Source: Eledone cirrhosa
Lineage: Eukaryota
NCBI GenBank assembly: GCA_964016885.1
Contig: OZ024742.1
Span: 268,150,001-268,214,000 of the forward strand
DNA length: 64,000 nt
Reading direction: 5' to 3'
Positions 10,953 to 21,050 of this stretch are shown here, one piece after another; position 1 is the stretch's first letter, and each line of letters opens with the position of its first letter. The translations under genes and the position numbers were made by a program. The notes under the pieces were generated by a model, which was not told the DNA's origin, ran no database searches, and worked only from the letters and a program-made list of their open reading frames with translations.

Positions 10953-13055
10953 TTACCGTACTTTTGGTAGAGGAGGGATGGTTTTTACATCCCTTTTCAC
11001 TTGATCGTCTGGTGAAGGGACCGTTGAATCGTCCCTTCGTCTGGTCGTCGGCTCTTCTAAGAGAATGTCTGAATATACTCTTCGATTGATGGTTCCTCAT
11101 AGGTCCCTGAAATCACCAACTGCGTTGGGGAATTTCGTTTTAATGTTTGTGTATTGTTTCTGTGCTATTTTTAGCAGTCTTATGTTAGTTGGCGTTTTGA
11201 TTGGTGCTGGTATTATGTAGTCCTGTTGTGAAATGTCTGTGTGTTCAATTATGTAAGTCATTAGTTTCTTGTTGTGTGTATTTATTGCCGTGCATTTGTT
11301 TTTATGGGGGTGGGGTGTGGTTCTGCTATTTTCTTGTCGTTGTTGCTGGGTGTGTGTGTTTTGTTGTTGTGTTTGCGATGTTGGTGCTTGTGGTTGTGGT
11401 GTTGAAGGTGTTGTTGGCGGTGGGGTTGTCGCCGGTGGTGATGGTGGTGCTAGTGTGGGTGGTGATGGTGTTGGTGGTGTAACTGCTGTGGGTCTCTTTG
11501 CAGTAGACTTAACCCTTTTCTCATTTCTTTCCTCCCTTTTCAGAGGCGACGATGCGCTGCTTCTGCGTTTGTGCCTTCTTACGACCTTTTGCCATCCCTC
11601 TCCCACCTCACACTCCATGTCTGATTCTGTGAGGTCGGGGAGGGGTACCAGCTCCACTCTTTCACTTGTTGTTGTTGGTGATGTTTGCACTGGAGTCTCT
11701 GTTGCAGCTGCATTTGGTATTGCTGTTGTTGTTGTTAATATTTCCACTGCTGCTGCTGTTTTTGATTTCCGTGGCGTGGGTATGGGTGCCACGGACCTAT
11801 CGTTCCTGGTTGCCGCTTGTCCTGTTGCTGGTAGCCGTGGAGTCTGATTCGGAAGGAGGGGGGTTTTCTCCTTTCTCAGGGTCTTCTCGTTGCAGAAGGC
11901 CCTGAGGTGAGTCTTCGATCAACAGCGAAAGCATTTCGGGCGTTTGCCCTCAACACTTATGGGCAGTTGAGTGCCGTTATCGAAGTCTATCACATCCGGG
12001 ATAGCTTCGATGCACTCCTGGTTGGTTTGGATTAGCATCTCAATGGAGGTGCCGACCCAATCTTCTCTTACTTTTTTCTGTACTTGCAGTACAGTTGTTT
12101 TGTCCTCGATTCCGACGAGGACAGACGCGGCCAGCCAAGAAGGGGCCATTCCGGGGGGGACGTGGGTCAGTTTGACCCTCACAATTTTTTGCCCGCAGTA
12201 GGAGGGCACCAACACCATTTCCTCGCTCCTTAGTGTCACTACTGATTGGGCCTTTGCCTCCTGGGGTGTGGCAAAAAGTACGTCTACGGTGGCATATTTT
12301 TTGCCTCGGGTGATGTGCGTTTTCCGCTCCCACACAGACCCCAAGGCTTTTTGTATCTGAGCCTCTGTGGCTCTTTCCACCCTACGGGATTTTGTACTTA
12401 CTGTACGGTACGTGACCGTACAGTGCTGTTGGGTTTCGAAAAATTTTTCCGCTGCCTTGCAGATTGCTCGGTGTCCATTCTTTGTCACCATCTTCTTCGC
12501 TTCCTCTAATTCCTCATTTGTTATGAGGATTGTTTCCAAGTTTTTCGCAATGCCTGCAAATGAGATTGGTTTTTCTTTGCTGCTATTGTTGTTGTTGTCG
12601 TCAGAGCTGCTGGTACTTTTGTTGTTGCTGCAGGTACTACGACTACTGCCTCCGCCGCTGTTGCTGTGGTTGTTGTTGGTGTTGCTGCTGCTAATGCTGT
12701 TGTTGTTTATGCTGCTGGTGATGCTGTTGCGGCTGCTACTGTTGTTTTCATTGTCACTGTTGCTGTTGTTATTACGGCTGCTACTGCTATTATTCCTGAC
12801 GTCAGACGAATGAACTGGGTTTTCGTATTTCCCGCACACCTGTTTCGTCGCTGTCGTCGTCGTCGTGGAGAAACCTTGCACGCTTTGCACGAGACTTTTC
12901 TTTTCTTTCGTCACTTGCGAAAGAGAAGGGAGGGAGAGAGACACATTTAAAGAAGGGAGGGAGAGAGACAATCTTCTCTCTGCTGTAGTGATGATTGAGG
13001 AAGAAGAAGACGGAAAGAGTGGGAGTGACGTATGAAATTTCTTTTTCGTAGCCAT
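10953..13055 (-). pseudogene. Tx1 ORF1 alpha (Asn/Ser-rich N-terminus, RRM-like core, CCHC knuckle, Pro/Thr-rich tail), 701 codons with two in-frame TGA
   Basis: One reading frame through CFRC*SKTHLRAFC (TGA 11919-11921) and DFRDL*GTINRR (TGA 11097-11099) to TAA at 10953. Confidence 0.85.
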
Positions 13056-13267
13056 GTTGTTTTTTGTTTAAAATGAATATTGGGTACAAAACCCCCAATA
13101 ACTGGTTATTTAACCCCGAAGGGCCAAATAACGGACAGAAAGACCCCTCTCACGTGAGGAGGGTGTCTTTATCAACAATTTGGTTCAAGTTTTAAACAAT
13201 TTACAATTGTTTTAACGGTTAAAAATTAATATACCTTACAGAGCCGAGCCTCCGTCAACCATGGCAT

Positions 13268-13309
<42 letters not shown>

Positions 13310-13551
13310 TTTTCTTTATTAACCACAAGGGTTCACATAAAGTAGACATTAAGGACAGTACAGGACAATACAGGACTGTACAAATGGGCATTTCTGCGTG
13401 TAAAAAAACAGAGGTTGAAATAAAATAACAAAGAAAAATTCCCCAATAGGGGGGAGACTTCCAAGGGACATTTGTGGAGAAAGCCCATTAAAAGACCACA
13501 GTGGCCCTGACCACCAGGGCAAGTGCCCTCTCCCAGTTTTCCACCTTTAAT

Positions 13552-16500
13552 TTACAGACACATACTCAGAGAAGGCCCATTCATTCGGGCCATACTTGCT
13601 TCTCTCACCCATCTTTCAACAAAATGCTGGGAAGAGAGCACTTCCCTCTATACCCTGATTTTCCTTTTCAAATGAAATTTGAAAAAGTTAATCAGGGCAT
13701 CACCGAAGAGGTAAGTGCTCGTCTTCAGCCCTTTCAAACGTGTCCACCATACTATCTCTTTCGCCATGGCCACCAGACAGATAAAAACTGCCTGCCCTTC
13801 CAGGCTAAAGGAAGGGGGCGGGGCAATCCTCACGATGGACTCAGATGATAGCTGGATAGGTCCTACACGTGACAGCAGGTGTTCGACATAAACCCACAAG
13901 TCAGCAATTCTCGGACACTGGACGAGTGCGTGCAGGACGGTTTCGTCGCCCTGCGCGCATCTCGGACATGCCCGGCTGACGGCACCTCCATGCCTGTAGA
14001 GATTATCCCGAACTGGCAAAGCTCCTCGGTAGCACTGCCAGGCCAGGGATTTCTGGAAGTTGTCCATAGGCCCCGGCCCGAAAGTCCTTCCGAAGAGATT
14101 GGCTTGTTGATTTTCGTCGACGCCTAGAGTTTCTCCAAGTACGTCGTCGCTCTTCCCCTCCACTATTCCCCTATAGAACGCCAAGGTGGAGTTTCCACCG
14201 ATCACATTGCCCGATTGGTCGAGGGCTGTGAGCGCCTGAAGACATTCCAGTCTCCAAGCGCTCCCTCTCGGTCTTCGCTTGACCCAGGACTGCAGCTCCG
14301 TCAAGGAGACGAGCTGGGGAAAAACGTGTCTAGCAAACGGCGACCACACCTGATCACCGTCGAGGAAGAGGTGGAGATGTCGTAGCCTGAGCGCGTGTCT
14401 GCGCATCATCAGCCACGGCATGCCCAGCCCTCCACGTAGCGGGTGTTGACAGCAGATGGACCGCCTGACCATCGGAGCGCGTCCCTTCCACAAGAAGCGA
14501 AAGAGCAAACGCTCCAGCGCAGTCAGGCGGGGCTTAGGACAAGGTACGACGGTCAGGCGGTAGTAGATGACGGATGCGATGTACGCATTCGCCACCTCCG
14601 CTCGACCTTTCAGGGATAGCTTCCTCTCGGCCCATTTCTGGGTGAGAGAAGCCACCCTGCTCGTCACCTCGTCCCAGTTTTTGTCCGTCTGGAGGTCTGG
14701 ACCGAACCAGACCCCTAGCAATTTAACCGGTCCGTCCGTCCAGCGCTCGACGTCGCTGTTGGATGCATGGACCTGCCTCTCCAGGTGCCGAGCTGCAGGC
14801 CCACTGACTTTTCCTGGTTGATCATTGTTCCTGTCACCGCTTCGTATTCTCTTAGTGTAGTGCCGATCACCTCGATGTGTTTGGCGTTCGACACCACTAT
14901 GGTGACATCGTCGGCATATGCTGACACGGATCTTCCGCATCCTAGATCGCGCGGGACCCCACTCAACGTCTCCAGTTTGTGCAGTAATGGCTCGAGAGTC
15001 AATACGTACAATAGTGACGAGAGGGGACATCCTTGGCGGACCGAGCGCATGATGTTGAACGGTTCCGAAAGGTGACCGTTCGCTCTCACTACAGAGCAGA
15101 TGTCGCTGTGCATGGCAGCGATCCAGCCTCTGAAGACGGGCCCAAAGCCAGCCGCCCTCAGGACTGCTGCTAGGTAACGATGGTCGACCCTATCGAAGGC
15201 TTTCGATTGATCTAAATTGATCAAAGACCCACCCTTGCCAGGTTCCCTAGCTACCCTCTCTACGATGTATCGCATGAGGTGGAGGTTGTCGTGGATGGAT
15301 CTGTCGGGAATGGCGCATGTCTGTGCCTCTCCCACCAGACCACCAACGACAAGCGCCAACCTCTTTGCTAGCACCTTGGCTAAAATCTTGAACTCTGTGT
15401 TTAACAGAGTTATGGGCCTAAAATTATCTATGTTATCCCCCTTGTTCGGATCCTTTCTCAGCAGCGCCACCGCTCCTCGGCTCACAGAGCTGGGAATTCT
15501 CCCGTTCTGTTGCCAGTTTCAGTGGACGTCCGCCAAGAGGCCTCCAAACAAGTTTGGCATTTGTACGTAAAGTTCATAGGGCGGACCCTCCAAACCAGGC
15601 GATTTACCCCTTGTGCAACTAGTCATTGCATCCCGTTCTTCAGCGGTTGTTATCGGCTTTTCGCAACACTCCGCCTCAGTGGCCGAAAGCCGCGGCAGTC
15701 CGTCGAGGTAGACACTAAAGTCCATTCCTCGATCCGGCCCGCCACTGCCCCCGAACAGTTGAGCGAAGTGTCGCTGAAAAGCTTCACACATTTTCCCGGG
15801 ATCGAGTAGCATGCGCCCGTCGTGGTCCACCAAAGACCGGATCGTGGCTTTGTTGCCACGACGCGCCTCCGCCACTCGGGCCCATTGAACGGCTTTCGTC
15901 CCCTCGTGTCTGAGAGCACGCACCCTAGCTCTGACAACGCAGCCTTCGTGCTTTGCATTGAAGAATTGGTCAAGGGCCAATTTCGCCGCAAGTACGTCGG
16001 TCGCGATGCCTTTGCTAAGCGCCTCATCTAATGTTCTAACTAGTTCTCCCTCTGCTCTATTTTTCTCTATTGCTAAAGTCTTACTAAACCTAATGGACTC
16101 TATTCTAATTGCTCTTTTCAGAGCAAACCACCACTTGTTGTTGACGATGGCCCCCGTTAACGCCCGCTTAACTAGTTCGCTAATCCGGTCTCTGTAGGCC
16201 TTGCGCGCTGGTAAGGACGCGTTTAGCTTCCAGTAGCCGGGTCCTCGCCTATGAAGCCTATCTAAGTCAAGCATACAGATCACGAATTTGTGGTCCGTGT
16301 AGCTGACTATCTTGAATTGTGGACAGCCTATGCTAGACCTATCTATTTCCCTACAAAATACTCTATCTAGATATGATCTGGATGACCCTATGCGATTTGT
16401 CCAAGTCCACATTGGTACATTCGGGAAATCCATTCGGTACCTGTCAGACAGTTCAAAACGTCTGAGCAGGTTGGTGAGACTCTTGCACCCTCCTTCCCTA

Positions 16501-16970
16501 TCCACTAATCCCACACAATCCCAGCGTGCATTTAAGATCCCGTTCCAGTCGCCCACTAGCACTAAAGAGCGGGACGTTCCAAGAAAGGTCTCCAGACGCC
16601 GGAAGAAATCAGGCCGCCCTGCTCCTGTCGGGGCATAGACGGCCACTAACCTGAAAGCTTGCCCGTCTCCGCTGGTCACGTCCAGCACCACCAACTTACC
16701 TTCTGGGTCCAGGAAGATGGCCCGTATGGCAAGATCCAAACCTCTCCGAAAAAGCACAGCAACTCCTCCCCCCGATCCCGGACGGCTGGGAGATGCGTAC
16801 ACATCGTAGCCGCCGAAGATCGGTGCGAAAGCCTGTGCTTCGGAGATCCTGGTCTCGCTGATGGCCACTACATCTATGTTTAGTGACCTGAGGTCGTTGA
16901 GCAGGTGGCCCTGCTTCCATGATGACCCCAAGCCACGCACATTTATCCTGCCTATTCTGAGTGAGGTCAT
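13552..16970 (-). pseudogene. Tx1 ORF2 (APE-RT-CCHC), disrupted
   Basis: ORF pieces 15519-16970, 14715-15485 and 13648-15030 tile one protein, near-identical to the alpha copy ORF2. Confidence 0.92.
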
Positions 16971-17004
16971 GTTGAAAAGGAGTGGAAAAGATGGGAAAGA
17001 CCAC

Positions 17005-18852
17005 TTACCTTACTTCTCGTAGGGGAAGGACGGTTTTTCCATCCTTTTCACTGCTTGTGGCCTCCTCAGGAAGGATGTCCTTATAAATCCTCCTGGAGAG
17101 TGCTTGTCGGAAGTCTCCGATGTCTTTGGGGATGTAGTGAATAATTGCTTGTTGTTCAAATTTAATGCTGTGTAGTGTGTATCGTTTTGGTTGTTTTGTT
17201 TTGTTTGCGTTTGTTGTGGGTTTGTTTCTGTTTCGCATTTTGGTGACTTTTGTGGTGTAGGTGATGGTGGTGTTGGAGTTAATGATGGTGATGGTGTTGG
17301 TGTTTGGGTTGATGGGGTTGGTGATGCTGGTGTGGATGGTGGCATATCTGTCCTAACTTTTTTGTTTGTTAGTTTATTTGTTTCCCTCTGTATTTTGTTT
17401 TTGGAGGGGGAAGGAAGAGAATTTTTTTCTTTTTTGGTTTCCCACTCCTCGTCGTCACAATCTGTCTCCAGTTGTGATAGGCGGGGGAGTGGAAAATCCT
17501 CCACAGCCGTTAGTTTTGGTTGTGGCGTGGTGGATGGTGTAGGCGCTGGCGCTAGTTCTGAAGCGTTGGGTGGCGGTGGTGTTGATTTTGCTGGTGGTGG
17601 TAGTGGTGTTGGTTTTGCTACTGTTGCTGGGGTTGTTGCTGTTATAGTTGCTTCTGTTGTTGCTGCTACAGTTGTTGCTGCCATCTCTGCTACTGGTGGT
17701 GTTGATGGTTGTGTCACTGGGGTGGGTAGGAGAGGTGGCCTCAACCTTTTAGCCTGAGGGCAGAAAGCCCTTAGGTGGGTTCCTTCACCACAAACGACAC
17801 ACCTAGGTCTTCTGCCCTCGACAATTACCGTGAGGTGGCTGCCGTCAGTGAGGTCTATTACCTCTGGGATCTCCTCAATTCTTTTTTGGTCCGCTTGGAT
17901 CAGGAGCTCCATCCCAGATCCGGACCAGTTTTCCTGCTTTTCTTTTGCTACTGCTATTATTTTCGTGTTGGCTTCGATGCCGGCGAGGACGGCCGCTATT
18001 AGCCAGGGAATTTCGATGACCGGTGGAACGTGGGTCACCCTGATCTTTACGAGTCTCTGGCCACAATAGCTTGGTACGAGTGTGAAGTCGTCACTTTTTA
18101 ATGGGGCCATGGAGTGTTCTCTAGCCTCCTCTGGTGTTTCAAAGAACACGTCCACGGTTCCATACTTTTGCCCACGTCTGATGTGGGTTTTTCTTGCCCA
18201 CACATGTCCCAAAGCTTTTTGGATTTGGGACTCGGATGCCCGTTCCACTCAGCGCGATTTTACATTTATTGTTCTATACGACACGGTGCATAGGCGCCGA
18301 TGCTCCATTTTATTAGGTGGTGGGGGGTGGGTGAGGCTGACCCTGTACCCATCTTTCTTTACCATTTGTTTGGCATTTTCTAAATCTTCCTGAGTTACCG
18401 TACAAGCTTCGAATTGTTTTGCTACTCTGGCGAAACTGAGGGTCGGTTTTATAATGTCATTGTTGTTGTTGTTGCTATCGTTAATATTAATTTTAGTTTC
18501 AGTTGTGGTGGTGTTGACGTCAGTCGTCTTTGGTGGGGAAGAGTCCATTTTGCTTGATTTCATTTCGACGTCACGAGTTAATTTATTTTTTTCTTCTTTT
18601 TTTTCTATTGTCGCGGTGGTGGTGGTGGTGGTGGTGGTCGCGGTGGTGGTGGTGGTGGAGGCTTTAACACCTGCAGTCATTGGTAATGGCGGGAAATGAA
18701 TGTCTGCCTGAGACAAATTTAAAATATTGCTACTGCTTATATTTTTTTTTTGTGTTGGCAAACGTAGTAACATTTACAATGGTGGTGTCGGTGTGAGGTG
18801 TTAATTTGTGAGGAAGGCTTTCAGCTGCTTGTTGCAGAGGTGAATTAGCCAT
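17005..18852 (-). pseudogene. Tx1 ORF1 beta (Thr/Asn-rich N-terminus, CVVCGEGTHLRAFC knuckle, Pro/Thr-rich tail), disrupted
   Basis: TGA at 18249 where the 57 kb copy has CGA; frameshifts in homopolymer runs; deletion near 17132 relative to the copy at 55250-55370. Confidence 0.85.
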
Positions 18853-19085
18853 TTTTTTTCAAAGAAATATTTTGATAATAATAAAAGTTAAAATTTTGGG
18901 CACAAGGCCTCAATCTTTTTAGGTGTCCTTTTCGGAAAACAATGTATGTGTGCTTATAAACAGTTAACAATAAAATTTTCCATAAATGGCAATTTTTAAA
19001 CAAACGGAAATAACAAACCTTTGCGGAGCTCACGATAATACGATTTCCTACGTAGGTCGCCAATAATAATAATAATAATAATAAT

Positions 19086-20305
19086 ATTAATCGTGGAATT
19101 TTTCAGGGTGACTCTTTATCACCGCTTTTATTCTGCATCGCGCTTATACCATTAAGTAAAATGCTCAATGAAACAAAACATGGATATAAAGTCTATGACA
19201 AAACCATTAATCACTTGTTCTACATGGATGACCTGAAACTATTTGCAAAAAATGATGAACAATTGCAAGGGCTATTATCCACTGTGGAGCAGTTCAGTGA
19301 TGACATTAAAATGGAGTTTGGACTGGATAAATGCGCCAAAGCAACGTTCACCAGAGGAAAGATGCTGAAAAGTTCAGACATTAATCTTGATCGAGGGAAT
19401 GTGATAAGAGAAATTGATCAAGAGGAAACTTACAAATATCTAGGTGTTTGTGAAGGAGACGGAATCAAACACTCGACAATGAGGGAAAGGATAAGGAAGG
19501 AATGTTACCGCAGAGTAAGAGCAATCTTCAGAACGGAATTGAATGCAAGGAATAGGATCGATGCCATAAACACGCTTGCCATACCAGTAGTAACCTACAG
19601 TTACAATGTCATCAACTGGTCAAGCACAGAGATCCGTAGGCTCGATACAAAAATTCGAAAATTCTTAACCATGCACAGAATGCATCACCCTAAGGCAGAT
19701 ACAGATAGAATATATCTCCCTAGGAAAGAAGGAGGACGTGGGTTAATCCAGTTAGACATTGCGTTGAAAACTGCAACAATTGGATTATCTACATATCTAA
19801 GGGAATCACATGATTGGATGATCAAACTCGTTTTGATGCACGAAAGCATCAAAAGATCATACTCCATTACAAAAGATGCACAAAGATACAGTAATGGACT
19901 GCACATTTCAGAAGTCCCATTTACTGCTGAAATGGAAAACACAGAAAAAGCAAAGCAGGTAAAAGTAACTGCAAAGAAATAACTGCTACAGAAACTGGCT
20001 AAGAAATGGCAAGAAAAGCCTCTGCATGAAAAATACCCAGAACGAGCTAACAATCTTGATGTTGACAAAACTTTAACCCATTAGTGGTTGGCATCCTCTG
20101 GACTGAAATCGGAGACTGAAGGACTGATTATATCAGCACAAGATCAGTGTCTGCCAACAAAAAATTACCAAGCCAACATAATAAAAAACGGATGCAGCCC
20201 ATTATGCCGTGTATGCAAAAAACAACCAGAGACCATTGATCATATAATTTCAATGTGCAGTCCTATAGCTCCAACCGAATACCTAAACAGGTATGACAGA
20301 GCTGC
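19086..20305 (+). mobile_element. Dong-B internal fragment (RT to CCHC), degenerate
   Basis: GIFQGDSLSPLLF, HLFYMDD, CRVCKKQPETIDHIISMC; stops at 19980 and 20082. Confidence 0.93.
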
Positions 20306-20546
20306 CATGAAGTCAAAGTGGTCCAGATTGCTATAGGCGCACTAGGTACTATATCAAAGAGTTTCCAAGGATGGTTAAAGAAAGTTAGTGCAACCCCGCT
20401 TTTTAGAACACTTCAAAAGGCATGGTTGCTGGGAACAGCAAGAACCCTCCGATACGTCCTGAATATAAATGAGGCTGTAGATAACGGCTTGATATTCATT
20501 TCAACAAACTTTCCAGATAAATAGCATCAATGACTGAGACACAAAG
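20302..20546 (+). mobile_element. Dong-A' 3' fragment fused directly into Dong-B
   Basis: Nearly identical to 955-1200; junction overlap CTGC; followed by (AAC)(AAT)n at 20547-20627. Confidence 0.9.
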
Positions 20547-20558
20547 AACAACAACAAC

Positions 20559-20627
<69 letters not shown>

Positions 20628-21050
20628 CCCATACTTTAAAAAGATCACATCTCAATCTTGTGGAACTTTAGCATCCAAACAGACCGAAAAATAGATGCAA
20701 ATGGACCTGATATAATATTGAAGGACTTTAAAAAGAGGGTATGCCTGCTAATTGATATGTCCGTTCCAATAGACAAGAATGTATCTATAAAAACATTTGA
20801 AAAATTGAGCAAGTATAAAGACCTGGAGATAGAAATTGGAAAAATGTGGAAATTAAGAACTAAAACAATACCAGTGGTTGTAGACGCTCTAGGAATGATA
20901 CCTAAGGGGTCTAATAATTACTAATCGCAAGTCCCAGGAAACCCGCGTATAGGAGAAATACAAATGATAGTACTAATGGGAACTGCCCATATACTAAGGA
21001 ATATTCTGTCAATATAAGTACATCACAAGTCTAAACACTAAAGATGCATG
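20628..21050 (+). mobile_element. Dong-B 3' fragment, 3'UTR cut short by fusion to Tx1
   Basis: ORF 20658-20924; starts CCCATAC like the copy at 6282. Confidence 0.9.

Larger units (their letters stand above)
7246..13269 (-). mobile_element. Full-length Tx1/L1-clade retrotransposon, ORF1 type alpha, inactivated
   Basis: ORF1 with CCHC knuckle plus APE-RT-CCHC ORF2. 3' end AATAAAGAAATC abuts (ATT)n; 5' end abuts (AAT)n at 13270-13308. Confidence 0.93.
13309..19061 (-). mobile_element. Full-length Tx1-clade element, ORF1 type beta, inactivated
   Basis: 5' end GGCGACCTACG shared with the copies ending at 25497 and 57317; (AAT)n on both sides. Confidence 0.94.

Noticed and set aside
11919-11921. 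Two in-frame TGA codons in alpha ORF1 as possible programmed readthrough
   Set aside because: One replaces the Gly of the CX2CG knuckle, and the same copy has several ORF2 lesions; ordinary decay is simpler.
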